A stretch of 64,000 bases of DNA from an uncultured Spirochaetota bacterium (GCA_963820525.1 CAWGAA010000001.1:1280001-1344000); one strand, 5' to 3'. Counted from the first letter of the stretch, positions 18,414 to 28,343 are shown. The notes: generated from the letters alone by a model not told the origin. A program made the numbers and translations.

Positions 18414-19907
18414 CTAACGCCAGTTGGGGTCTTTGCAATTGTTGCTTGCCTTGAAACATGACTCGACTCGTTCTTTTCCCCAGATCTTGTTACCCGCTCG
18501 TCGTGGATTTTTTTTGAAAGCTTCATTTCTAGCTGCAATGTGCAGATCAATCGCTTCCTTGCACTCGTCCACGCTGTCGTAGTCGCTATTATGGATGACA
18601 GCTTTCGCCATGCCGCTAAATACTGATTCGATGACGTTCAGAAACTGGGCAGAGGCTGGAAGTGGTGCGAGCATCACTATGGGGTGTCCGATTTTTCCAG
18701 CGTCCAAAGCAGTATTCATCTCAAAAACGTATTCTGCGAGCTTTCCTGAAACGTGCCAAGACGCCGCATCCCACGAGAGGTAGAGACGATACTGATTAGA
18801 ATATTGCCGCAAAAGGATGTCCAGGAGTTTTATCATCTCTTCAGTATTCTTCTTTTCCGAGTAGAAATGAGTCACTTGATTTGTGGACAGTTCCAACGCT
18901 GCGGTAACGATTAGGCGCCCTTTGTTTCGCTGCCATTGAGGTACAAGTCGTGTCGTTCCTTGCTTGGTCAACGCACGGCCACCTTGCATCTTCACAGAGA
19001 AAGGACCAAACTCGTCTACCGAGAAAAACTTCTCATTCTCTAGCAGATTTGACAGTATCTTGGTAATTTCCTGTAACTTCTCACGGTAATCTGGGTCAGG
19101 GCTGGAGAGTACGCGCCGCGCCTTCCTGAAAGTGTAATGTTCAGCCCTAACGTATTCCGAAATCGTGCTCTTCCCTATCGACTCGGTGTACTGACGTTCA
19201 TACGCTCGCGCAAGAGTCCCCAAACTCCACGAAGCCCTATTGATTCCATGAAGGCGTGGAGATTCATGAAGAACTTCGATAATTCGATCTCGCTTCGTGT
19301 CCCTTTCCTTTACCTTATCGGGGTTCACGTTTCTTATTTTATTCCTTCGAAGACCAGCCATGCCGTCCTGCTTGAAGGCAATAAGCCATCTTTTCAAAAG
19401 GCGAGTAGACCTTTCCACCTTGGCGCATAGGCTCTTCAACTCGGCTCCCCTTTGTGAATCGAGCACTACCACCGCCTTGGCCCAGTTTGTTCTGTTATTC
19501 GAGCGTCGCCATTTTTCTAATTCGACCAGATCCTCCTCACAGACGTGAGTAATGCGCCACGTCGTGCGTACCGGGTGAGGGCGCATATTCGCCGCCAGGG
19601 AATACAGGGCGCTCTTGCCGCCTTTATAGCCATCCAGCCGCGCCAGCCGCAGGACTTCCACCGACATCATCTGTGGTTCCTCCCGTAGCAGCTTCTCTAT
19701 TTGCGCTCTGAACCGCTCTGTGATCTTGGGTCGCCCGATTCGGCGACAAAACCGTTTCCCAAGGTCTTCCACCTGCTGAATAGCTGGCTCGCTAGCGACT
19801 CGTTGCACTGTATTGAGCGACACCGCAGCAATACGCGCGGCGTCTTCCTTCGTATGGTGGGCCTTCAGCAGAATTTGGATTTCATAACGCTTCATCTGTG
19901 GGATCAT
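18414..19907 (-). CDS. IS630-family transposase with an IS21 IstA-like N-terminal ~110 aa
   Basis: C-terminus SVDEFG, SWDAASWH, LNVIESVFS (IS630 DDE). N-terminus KRYEIQIL..RIGRP..VEVLRLARLDGYKGGKSALY (IstA-like). Confidence 0.8.
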   Translation of the reverse strand: MIPQMKRYEIQILLKAHHTKEDAARIAAVSLNTVQRVASEPAIQQVEDLGKRFCRRIGRPKITERFRAQIEKLLREEPQMMSVEVLRLARLDGYKGGKSALYSLAANMRPHPVRTTWRITHVCEEDLVELEKWRRSNNRTNWAKAVVVLDSQRGAELKSLCAKVERSTRLLKRWLIAFKQDGMAGLRRNKIRNVNPDKVKERDTKRDRIIEVLHESPRLHGINRASWSLGTLARAYERQYTESIGKSTISEYVRAEHYTFRKARRVLSSPDPDYREKLQEITKILSNLLENEKFFSVDEFGPFSVKMQGGRALTKQGTTRLVPQWQRNKGRLIVTAALELSTNQVTHFYSEKKNTEEMIKLLDILLRQYSNQYRLYLSWDAASWHVSGKLAEYVFEMNTALDAGKIGHPIVMLAPLPASAQFLNVIESVFSGMAKAVIHNSDYDSVDECKEAIDLHIAARNEAFKKNPRRAGNKIWGKERVESCFKASNNCKDPNWR

Positions 19908-19992
19908 TGAGGCTCCTCGCGTCAAAAGTGGATTTCTGACGCCAAGCATGACGTAGATACTGCTTGCGCGTCCCCTGCGACTGCAATCTATT

Positions 19993-20150
19993 CTACGAGT
20001 AGAAGCTCGTGCTGCGGGCGGTTGCAAACACCTCAATCCCGCAGGCTTCCATTGACGGTCGCGCCCGATCCGGATGCAGCCTTCCTCTGGGCAGGATTCG
20101 CACAGCATGCAGGGACCGGCACCGAAAGCGAATGCCCTGTAGTAGCCTTG
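19993..20150 (-). pseudogene. DUF2284 (CGGC-type metal-binding protein) remnant
   Basis: GYYRAFAFGAGPCMLCESCP and HPDRARPSMEACGIEVFATAR occur in two frames. Confidence 0.6.
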
Positions 20151-20306
20151 TCAGCATAGGCGATGTCAAGGGCAATCTCCATGGGCGTCGCCGGGGCAAG
20201 CCCTTCCCATACGATCGGATGATTTCAAGCAGCGCAGACGCCAGAGGATACGACTTCGGCTTGCCCCACCGAATCAGGGTTCGTATTCTTCAAGCAAGGA
20301 GTTGCC

Positions 20307-20609
20307 ATGAAGATCGCGATCATAGGGACGGGCAACGTAGGCGGCGCTTTGGCCAGGGCATGGGCACGAGCCGGGCACCGTATCTTTCTCGGGGTACGCA
20401 ATCTCCAAGACCAGAAGGTCCTTGCACTGACAGCGGAGGGACCGCTGATCTCCGCCCATTCGCCTGCCGAGGCGGTGAACGATGCGGAGACCGTGTTGTT
20501 CGCCATACCCCCGAATGCTCTTCAGCAGGTTCTGGACAACCTCGGGGACTTGAAGGGCAAGGTGCTCATCGACGCGACCAACTCTGTGCGGACCAGGGCT
20601 GGGGATTAA
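20307..20609 (+). pseudogene. NADPH-dependent F420 reductase/dinucleotide-binding enzyme, 3'-truncated at the IS91-like end
   Basis: MKIAIIGTGNVGGALA..LKGKVLIDATN, then stops at 100 aa. Confidence 0.8.
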
Positions 20610-22456
20610 TGGTAGTAACGACTATAGCTCGAGACGGGGGCTTCGAGGAGGTCCAGACAGGAGTTTGGCCCCCCAGGACAGCAGGGAGGATGCACCTGAC
20701 GGCGCAGGAAGCGCTGGCGCGATGCGTCGTGCAGGCAGGGCGGGGTGCAGAAGGCGATCGGAGTCTGCGCAAGGGTCAGTCGGCTGGCGTGAGGACAAGA
20801 ATCTGGCGCGCGTGGGAACGAGGGGAGAAGATTCAACCCAGGGACGCGGCTTCAAGGCCCGGGGGAGCCGCGCCGGTCTTGATGAGGTGGCGGAGGATTC
20901 TGAGGATCTGCGGGGGATCGGTGATGACGGCGAGGACCCGCATCGGGGAACCACAACGGCGGCAGCGGAGGGGATCAACCTCGTAGATCTTTGCGAGCAG
21001 CCGAGCCCAGGCGGAGCGGGACTCCGTGGCGGACACGGACAGATTCGGCGTGTCCTGGGGGGCTGGGCCGAGGTGCAGAGCAGGCCGGGACTGGTGGTCC
21101 TTCTTCCAGCCGTCGGGAGCCAGGCGGAGCAGATGGGGCTTGCGGGACCATGTGCCACGCGATCGCGAGGAATACAGGCCGTAGCGGCGAATGAACCTGG
21201 CCCCCGCGTCCGGAAGGTGTTGCAGGACCTCGACCAGGAACTCCGTCGCGGGGAACAGCTTGGAGTTTGTGCGGAAGTAGGGATTGTACTCTGAGCGATA
21301 CATGACGCTGCCAGCGTGTTCCTCCACGAGCATCTTCTTCAGCGACACAGGCGGACGCGCTGTGTACTGCGCGAGGGCCTCCCGCGCCTTGGAGGAAGTG
21401 GCGGGGATCTTGACCGAGAGGTCCACGCTGAACCCGCTGTGTGTCCAGTCCAGCATATTCCTAGCCAGCCGCTTGTTGAGCAGGGTATGTTTCAGGATAA
21501 AGTCGACCATGCCGGCGCGGAAGTACTGACTGAGCTTGGCCAGATCGAGGGAAGGCACATGGACAAACCTCCCCTCCCTGTCGAATCCGCCTTCGAGGAA
21601 GATGGCGTGTAGGTGGGGATTCCACCGCGCGAACTCACCCGCGGAGGCGTAGGCGATCACGGCGGCGCTCTGAATCCTCCTGCATGCCGCCGCGTTGTAG
21701 AAGCTCTGGATCATGCGGTAGACCAGCTTGGTGATCTCCCCGTAGAGCCTCCTGTCGTGGCGGAAGAACACACGGAGCACCTTGGGAAATGTGAAGACCA
21801 TCTGGCGGTGGGGCAGCAGGAGCAGGAGGTGCTCGTTCATGTACTCACCGAAAAGGAGCGTGCGCTTCTGGGAACAGGAGGGGCAGAGGTAGAACACCTT
21901 GCAGCTGAAGGGTCGAAAGTAGTCGGCTTTACAGTCGGGATTGGTGCATTGGATCCTCGCGATGCCCTTCGAGTAGTCCCCGCAGTACAGGAATCGTTCG
22001 ACGGCCGAGCTGATCCGCTGCAGGCGGAACCGTCCCAGGCGGGCAGCGTACGTGGTTTCGTATCCTGCGCAGAACTCCGGGAAGTGGGTGCGGAACAACC
22101 TCTGCAGCGAGCTGGTACCCCGTTGGCGGTAGGTGCTGGGGAGCGTCGCATCCAAGGACAGGGCCAATTGGTCGGCCACAATGGGAAAGACGACCCCAAA
22201 GAGCACGCTGCATCTCCCCCCGGCGGCCCGTCTCCGAACACGCGGCCGGGCGGCCCGCCTGCGCGCCCAGCACGCCCAGGAGGGACTCACTGTACCGCCG
22301 ATCGCCATTTTCAGTATCGCAAATCGGTGCAACTTTCCCTTCAAGGGTGGATAGAAAGGTGAGATACAGTAAAAAATTTTGAAATCTTGACATTCCATCA
22401 GCCTTCCCTCCACTGTTATCGCTTGATGGGCAATAATGGGCTGACTGAAAAAACCA
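20605..22456 (-). mobile_element. IS91/ISCR-like rolling-circle element (boundaries approximate)
   Basis: HUH transposase, no IRs or target duplication. The right limit is taken from identity with the copy at 6915-7493, the left limit from the truncated neighbour. Confidence 0.75.
20833..22179 (-). CDS. IS91-family transposase (Zn-binding domain plus HUH)
   Basis: CGD..G.ARI.C..C..PFSCK..LCPSC, HRQMVFTFPK, WNPHLHA (HUH), HSGFSV, RRYGLYS, C-terminal CRRCG. Start uncertain (GTG). Confidence 0.9.
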   Translation of the reverse strand: MADQLALSLDATLPSTYRQRGTSSLQRLFRTHFPEFCAGYETTYAARLGRFRLQRISSAVERFLYCGDYSKGIARIQCTNPDCKADYFRPFSCKVFYLCPSCSQKRTLLFGEYMNEHLLLLLPHRQMVFTFPKVLRVFFRHDRRLYGEITKLVYRMIQSFYNAAACRRIQSAAVIAYASAGEFARWNPHLHAIFLEGGFDREGRFVHVPSLDLAKLSQYFRAGMVDFILKHTLLNKRLARNMLDWTHSGFSVDLSVKIPATSSKAREALAQYTARPPVSLKKMLVEEHAGSVMYRSEYNPYFRTNSKLFPATEFLVEVLQHLPDAGARFIRRYGLYSSRSRGTWSRKPHLLRLAPDGWKKDHQSRPALHLGPAPQDTPNLSVSATESRSAWARLLAKIYEVDPLRCRRCGSPMRVLAVITDPPQILRILRHLIKTGAAPPGLEAASLG

Positions 22457-22974
22457 AATCCGCGATCAGCTCTGCCGTCTCCCTCATCCGAGGCGCCCGT
22501 TACCTCACCGCCTTCACCGGCGCGGGGATCAGCGTGGAAAGCGGCATCCCGCCCTTTCGCGGCCCCGGCGGCTTGTGGAGCCAGTACGACCCCCGCATGT
22601 TGGAACTCGACTACTTCCTGGCCCACCCAGACAAGTCATGGCCTATCCTCCGGGAGATCTTCTACGACCACTTCGGCAAGGCGCGGCCCAATAAGGCGCA
22701 CGAAGTCCTGGCGCGCCTGGAGAACGAGGGGTGGCCGCGCGAAAGCGCGGCCCGCGGCGAAGCCGATGGGGGGCATGCGCCGGGCAGCACGAGCGGCCCA
22801 GATGCCCGCGGCCGCCTCCAGGTCCTCAACACACAGAACATCGACAACCTCTGCTTCGAGACAGGCTCCCGCAACGTCATTGAGTCCCATACGGCGGATT
22901 CGCGGAAGCAATGCGCGGAGTTGACTCCCTCCGGGAGCCGTTTTACAATGCGCGTCGTGCTTTGTTACCTTTGA
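22426..22974 (+). pseudogene. Truncated NAD-dependent deacylase (sirtuin) paralogue
   Basis: [23 protein letters not shown]. Similarity to 29104-29877 ends near 22890. Carries a 27-aa insertion. Confidence 0.85.
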
Positions 22975-23036
22975 AAAAGTCGGGCGTCTCCATGCCTCAC
23001 AGCCCGCGCATTGAGGCGCTGCGGGAGGAAAAGCGT

Positions 23037-25808
23037 ATGGCCGAATGGCATCTCAAGAGCATCGAGGAGACCATCCTTCTCCTGCATACTTCGCCGACAG
23101 GGCTTTCCAGCTTTGAAGCGGCCGCCCGCCTGGCGCGGTCAGGTGCCAATGAGCTTGCGGGCAGAAGCGGGCGCGGCCCCTGGCGAATCCTTGCCGGGCA
23201 AGCCGCTTCCGTCATGGTGATCATCCTCGCCGCCGCCGCAGTGCTGTCCGGGTTTCTGGGCAAGTGGCTGGAAGCGGGATCGATTCTGGCCATCGTCATC
23301 CTCTTCATTGTCCTGGGATTCATCCAGGAATACCGGGCGGAACGCGGCGTGGCTTCCCTGCGCCGGCTAGCCGCGCCAAGGGTCCGCGTCTTTCGTGACG
23401 GCGCGCTGGTGGAGATGGCCTCTCGGGATCTCGTGCCGGGGGATCGAATCCTGCTGGAATCGGGCAACATGGTGCCGGCGGACGTCCGGTTTCAGCAGTG
23501 CGTGAACCTGCGGATCCAGGAGGCCGCCCTCACCGGGGAGTCAGAGCCCATTGAGAAGACGGCGGAAACCCTGCGGGAGAAAGGCCTCCCGCTGGGAGAC
23601 CGCCTCAACCTCGGCTTCATGGGCACAATCGTGACCTACGGCCGTGGATCGGCAATCGTCGTGACAACCGGTATGCGGACTGAGCTGGGCACGGTGGCCG
23701 CCCTCATCAGGGAAGCCTCCCCCGAGCGCACGCCTCTCCAGAAAAACCTGGATCGACTGGGCAGGACTTTGGCCGTGGTGGGGAGCGCCGCCGCGGCCTT
23801 GGTATTCGCGGCGGGCCTGGCCCTCGGCGAATCCGTCAAGGATATGCTGATCACCGCCGTGAGCGTCGCGGTAGCCGTCATACCGGAGGGGCTGCCCGCA
23901 GTCGCGACCGTCGCCCTTGCCCTCGGCGCCCGCCGCATGCTGCGCCGCAATGCCCTCATCCGCCGCCTGCCCGCCGTGGAGACCCTCGGATCCGTTACTG
24001 TGATCTGCTCCGACAAGACGGGGACCCTCACGGAGAACCGGATGACGGTCATGGTCATCGATGTGGCAGGGCACCGCCGGGAAATCACCGAGACGATCCG
24101 GCACCGGGTTCCACACCTTGCGCCGCGAGGGGCGGGGGAAGAGCCCGTCCGTGAAAGCGGGAGTATCCTGCTCATGCTGGCCGGCGGCGCGCTCTGCAGC
24201 GATGCCATGCTTTCCCGCGGTGACGCGGATGGCTCCCTCCACGCCATAGGCGACCCCACGGAGGGCGCTCTCGTGCTGGCGGCGGCGCGCTTCGGTCTGG
24301 ACAAGGAGAGGCTGGAGGCGGCCATGCCCCGCCGCGGCGAGATTCCTTTCGATTCGCAGCGCAAACGCATGACTACGATCCATGAACGGCCGTCCGGCGC
24401 CTCTCTGCCGTCCGGGCTTTCGGCGGCATGGGGGCTGCCGTCTTCCGCCGCGGCTCCGACGGGGGACAACTGGTCCACGCTCGTCGCGGTGACAAAGGGC
24501 TCCGTGGACGGCCTTCTGGAGATCAGCAGCGGGGTGTGGAACGAGGGGCGGGCTATGCCCCTTGATGATGAGTGGGAGAAACGCATTCGCGCCACGTCAG
24601 AGGAGTTGGCTGGTGCGGGAATGCGCATCTTGGGCGTCGGGTTCCGCGCCATCGACGGACCCGCCCTGGGCCGGCCTCAGGATGTGGAACGGGACCTCGT
24701 GTTCGTCGGCTTGTTCGGGATCATGGACCCGCCCCGGCGGGAGGTCCGCCGTGCGGTGGTGGTCTGCCGTGAGGCGGGGATCCGCCCCGTGATGATCACG
24801 GGGGACCACCCGTTGACCGCCAGGGCAATCGCCGATGAGCTGGGCATGACCGGCGGGCCGGTTGCCGGCGCAGCGGAGCTGGATGCCGCCGGGCAGGACG
24901 CCCTGGAGGACATGGTGGCCGAAGTGTCCGTATTCGCCCGGGTGAGCCCGGAGCACAAGCTGCGCATTGTCCGGGCTCTCCAGAATAGGGGGGAGGTGGT
25001 CGCGATGACGGGAGACGGGGTGAACGACGCGCCTGCCCTGAGGAAAGCGGACATCGGGATCGCAATGGGGGTGACCGGCACGGACGTGGCCAAGGACGCG
25101 GCGGACATGATCCTGCTGGATGACAACTTTGCCTCGATTGTCGCCGCGGTCGGGGAAGGGCGGACGGTGGTGGAGAACCTCAGGCACTTCATCAGCTTCT
25201 CGCTGGCGGGAAACCTCGGCAAGGTGCTGATCATGCTGCTTGGGCCCCTGTTCGGAATCCCCGTCGCCCTGTTCCCCATTCAGCTTTTATGGCTCAACCT
25301 GCTCACGGACGGCCTGCTCGGTCTCGGCATGGGATTCGAGCCGGAAGGTCCCGACACGATGCGGCATCCGCCCTCCCGCGCGCAGATCCTCTCCATGGGA
25401 ATGGGCCTCCACGTGGGCTGGGTGGGCGCCGTCATCTGCGCGCTCGCCCTCGGGATGGGAGCGGCGGCGTTCCGCAGGAGCATCGGGCAGTGGCAGACCA
25501 TGATTTTTGCCGGTCTCGCTTTCCTGCAGGTCTGGGAAGCCTTTGGCCTGCGCTCCGAGCGGGAGTCCGCCTTCCGCCAGCGGCTTCAGGCGAACCCCGT
25601 CCTTCTCTTCGCGGGTGCCTTGGGGATCTCATTCCAGCTCTGCGTCCTCTTCATCCCCTTTCTCCGCGGAGTCTTCCTGGTGCAGCCTCTTTCCGCGGGG
25701 CAGCTTGCGCTGTGCGCCGGAATCGGGGGAGTGCTTTTCCTGCTCGGTGAATCTGAAAAGCTGGTCCTGCGCCGTCGGGCACAGCGAGGGGGGCACGCGG
25801 TCGTTTGA
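23037..25808 (+). CDS. Cation-transporting P-type ATPase (type IIA-like)
   Basis: TGES, IPEGL, CSDKTGTLT, MITGDH, TGDGVNDAPAL. Confidence 0.95.
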   Translation: MAEWHLKSIEETILLLHTSPTGLSSFEAAARLARSGANELAGRSGRGPWRILAGQAASVMVIILAAAAVLSGFLGKWLEAGSILAIVILFIVLGFIQEYRAERGVASLRRLAAPRVRVFRDGALVEMASRDLVPGDRILLESGNMVPADVRFQQCVNLRIQEAALTGESEPIEKTAETLREKGLPLGDRLNLGFMGTIVTYGRGSAIVVTTGMRTELGTVAALIREASPERTPLQKNLDRLGRTLAVVGSAAAALVFAAGLALGESVKDMLITAVSVAVAVIPEGLPAVATVALALGARRMLRRNALIRRLPAVETLGSVTVICSDKTGTLTENRMTVMVIDVAGHRREITETIRHRVPHLAPRGAGEEPVRESGSILLMLAGGALCSDAMLSRGDADGSLHAIGDPTEGALVLAAARFGLDKERLEAAMPRRGEIPFDSQRKRMTTIHERPSGASLPSGLSAAWGLPSSAAAPTGDNWSTLVAVTKGSVDGLLEISSGVWNEGRAMPLDDEWEKRIRATSEELAGAGMRILGVGFRAIDGPALGRPQDVERDLVFVGLFGIMDPPRREVRRAVVVCREAGIRPVMITGDHPLTARAIADELGMTGGPVAGAAELDAAGQDALEDMVAEVSVFARVSPEHKLRIVRALQNRGEVVAMTGDGVNDAPALRKADIGIAMGVTGTDVAKDAADMILLDDNFASIVAAVGEGRTVVENLRHFISFSLAGNLGKVLIMLLGPLFGIPVALFPIQLLWLNLLTDGLLGLGMGFEPEGPDTMRHPPSRAQILSMGMGLHVGWVGAVICALALGMGAAAFRRSIGQWQTMIFAGLAFLQVWEAFGLRSERESAFRQRLQANPVLLFAGALGISFQLCVLFIPFLRGVFLVQPLSAGQLALCAGIGGVLFLLGESEKLVLRRRAQRGGHAVV

Positions 25809-26029
25809 CCCCCGCTGGGCCTCTCGCTATTTTTGCCGTGTGTGTCCCTCCGGCTGAATTGGAGAACGCCCGGGCGCGCTTTCCAAGGCGGCGCCCAGGA
25901 TCTCATCGACGGCTTCAGGATTGGCGGAATTGGCGCCTGCCCGGGCGAAGCCGAGCGCTTCCGGGTCAGCGTGCTCAGCCGGGAGAAAAATGATATGCTC
26001 GGATCCGGGGCGTCAACGTGAGGTGAACC

Positions 26030-26443
26030 GTGGAAAGAAGGTTCGCAGACAATACCTACCGTCGAAGCAGGCAAAGAGACAGGATTTTGGAGCTCTTGCG
26101 CGGGACGGCATCGCATCCGACGGCAAATTGGCTCTATGGCAAGCTTCGAAAAGAGTTCCCCGATTTGAGCATGGGGACCGTGTACCGCAATCTCGGAATC
26201 CTGGCCGAGCAGGGGCTCATCACGAGGATCGATTTCGGAAGCACTTTTGACCGATTTGACGCCCACACGGAGGACCACTACCACTTCGTCTGTGAGAGGT
26301 GCGGGGCGATTATCGATCTTGAGCTTGCAGTGGACAACTCCCTGAACGAGCAGGTGAATCGAACCTCGACGCACAGGGCTCAACGGCACGACATCCAGTT
26401 TCACGGGACGTGCGTAGCATGTTCCTCCAGGAAAAAGAAGTGA
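26030..26443 (+). CDS. Fur/PerR-family transcriptional repressor
   Basis: SHPTA, MGTVYRNL, HYHFVCERCG, GTCVAC. Confidence 0.93.
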   Translation: MERRFADNTYRRSRQRDRILELLRGTASHPTANWLYGKLRKEFPDLSMGTVYRNLGILAEQGLITRIDFGSTFDRFDAHTEDHYHFVCERCGAIIDLELAVDNSLNEQVNRTSTHRAQRHDIQFHGTCVACSSRKKK

Positions 26444-26500
26444 TAAAAATCTTGTCAGTAATCGTTCCGAATATTACATTTAGAAAGACATGATGCGTTG
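26440..26500 (+). promoter_or_regulatory. AT-rich promoter, possible Fur/PerR operator upstream of the DPSL gene
   Basis: TGATAAAAATCTTGTCAGTAATCGTTCCGAATATTACATT is an AT-rich patch in GC-rich DNA, between the repressor and ferritin-family genes. Confidence 0.4.
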
Positions 26501-26535
26501 CGTCATTCAAAAATCTTTTTCCGGGGGGGCAGCGT

Positions 26536-27087
26536 ATGGCAAGAGTGGCACGGGAAATGGTGGAGAAGGCCGGAGTGAACGTTGACCAGCTCGTAGAGCT
26601 TCTGGTCAAGAACTCCTCCGCCGAGCTTACAACCTACTACTATTATACCATCCTCAGGGTCAACCTCATCGGACTGGAGGGTGAGGGAATCAAGGAGATC
26701 GCGGAAACCGCCCGCATCGAGGACAGGAACCACTTCGAAGCGCTGGTTCCGCGTATCTATGAGCTGGGAGGGAGGCTACCGGGGAGCATGAAGGACTTCC
26801 ACGATGTTTCGGCTTGTCCGCCGGCAGGCTTGCCAAAGGATCCCACAAAGACATTGGATATGCTCAAGGTGCTGGTGGACGCGGAGAGATGCGCCGTGCG
26901 GGGCTACACGCAGATCTGCAACATGACGGCGGGCAAGGATCATCGCACCTATGACCTGTCTCTCGCCATTCTGAACGAGGAGGTCGAGCACGAGTCCTGG
27001 TTCTCTGAGTTCCTGGGTGAAGGACCGTCGGGCCATTTCATGAGACGGGGGGAAACGTCCCCGTTCGTTGGAAAGTTCCTGAGGTAG
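26536..27087 (+). CDS. dps: DPS-like (DPSL) ferritin-superfamily protein
   Basis: AELTTYYYYTILR, EDRNHFEAL.PRIYELGG, ERCAVR, DHRTYDL, EEVEHE. Confidence 0.92.
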   Translation: MARVAREMVEKAGVNVDQLVELLVKNSSAELTTYYYYTILRVNLIGLEGEGIKEIAETARIEDRNHFEALVPRIYELGGRLPGSMKDFHDVSACPPAGLPKDPTKTLDMLKVLVDAERCAVRGYTQICNMTAGKDHRTYDLSLAILNEEVEHESWFSEFLGEGPSGHFMRRGETSPFVGKFLR

Positions 27088-27158
27088 CTCCGCGTCCTTG
27101 AAGGGAGAACCTCGCGTTGAGGAGGCTTCTCCCTTCATCCGGATGGAAGAGAACCTGC

Positions 27159-27431
27159 ATGAGGGCCTTCCTAGAAAAAGAGCTGTCACTCTACGACGGC
27201 CGGGAAGGGCATTCGGCCTACATCGCATTCGGAGGGCGGGTCTACGATGTGACGAACAGCTTTCTCTGGAAGGGGGGAAAGCACCAGGTCCTTCACAGCG
27301 CCGGAAGGGACCTGACCAGGGAGATGGAAACCGCCCCTCACGGGGCGGACCTCCTGGAGAGAGTGCCTCTGGTGGGATACCTGAAACAGGTCTTCTACGA
27401 CAAAGAGAAACGGGAAGGGAGCGTCATATGA
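27159..27431 (+). CDS. Cytochrome b5-like heme/steroid-binding protein
   Basis: EL..YDG..G..AYIA..G.VYDVT.S.LWKGGKH..H.AGRDLT..APHG. Confidence 0.85.
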   Translation: MRAFLEKELSLYDGREGHSAYIAFGGRVYDVTNSFLWKGGKHQVLHSAGRDLTREMETAPHGADLLERVPLVGYLKQVFYDKEKREGSVI

Positions 27432-27958
27432 TTTCACGAAAAATGGCGGATCGAATCAACGAACAGATCAACAGGGAAATGTACTCGGCATATCTCTATA
27501 TGTCCATGTCGGCCCGAATGACTGAGGCCGGCTACAAGGGCGCAGGAAAGTGGCTCATGCTGCAGTACCACGAGGAGTTGTACCACGCCATGAAGTTCTT
27601 CACCTACCTCCAGGACCAGGGCGTCCCCGTGCAGCTCAAATCCATTGAGGCGCCTGACGTCAAGGACGCCACGATCAAGGGGATCTTTCAGCACGTCCTG
27701 GAGCACGAAAAAGTGGTAACGAAGAGCATTCACGAGATCATGACTTTGGCAGTCGAAGAAAAGGACTATGCCACGCAGGCCCTCGATCAATGGTATGTCA
27801 GCGAGCAGATCGAGGAGGAGAAGAACGCCGCCGAGATACTTCAGGCCATCGACCTCGTGGGCGGCTCAGCCCAGGGCCTGTACATGCTCAGCGTCGAGCT
27901 CGGGAACCGCAAGCTCGGTGTACCGAGCGACTTCACGGTGCTGGGCGCAAACGACTGA
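27428..27958 (+). CDS. ftn: Non-heme ferritin
   Basis: INEQINREMYSAYLY, EE..HAMKF, HEKVVT, WYVSEQIEEE. Confidence 0.93.
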   Translation: MISRKMADRINEQINREMYSAYLYMSMSARMTEAGYKGAGKWLMLQYHEELYHAMKFFTYLQDQGVPVQLKSIEAPDVKDATIKGIFQHVLEHEKVVTKSIHEIMTLAVEEKDYATQALDQWYVSEQIEEEKNAAEILQAIDLVGGSAQGLYMLSVELGNRKLGVPSDFTVLGAND

Positions 27959-28343
27959 GGCACGTGCTGATCCGTGGCAAGGAGCGCGCAAGGCCGCGCT
28001 GGGCAAACCCTGCTCCGAGATCTTCCTGGCGAGTACGTGAGGTCGCCGAGTTCCGATCGGGGTTTCCACGCCTTCGACGACCCGCCCTTTCGCGTGGCGA
28101 AGGACCGCCGCCGAAACGGGCCTTGTGGAATAGTTGCGAAAGCAGTTCGAAGGCCGCCGCAAAATGTGAGATCGCGTCAGCCGGAGTCTTGGCATTATGA
28201 GCCATGAATGCGGAATTTGTTGGCAAACGCAGTCCATTACTTATACTGGGCTAGACATGTCCAAAGACGCTACCTATTCTATGCAACGGAATTGAAGCTT
28301 AGCATTCTCGCCTTCCAGAAAGGAAAGGCCTTCGCTCATCTCC

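Noticed and set aside
18350..19960. IS630 terminal inverted repeats with TA duplication
   Set aside because: Only a TCTAC/GTAGA match was found, too short to define ends.
22426..22974. SIR2 effector partner of the Argonaute (SPARSA-like)
   Set aside because: It is a CobB-type deacylase fragment 18 kb away with no APAZ domain.
25805..26021. Short ORFs between the ATPase and the Fur-like gene
   Set aside because: No recognisable motif or RBS; probably promoter region or debris.
27995..28020. c-di-GMP-I riboswitch (GGCAAACC)
   Set aside because: The downstream GAAA stem and tetraloop-receptor pattern are missing, and no gene follows on that strand.
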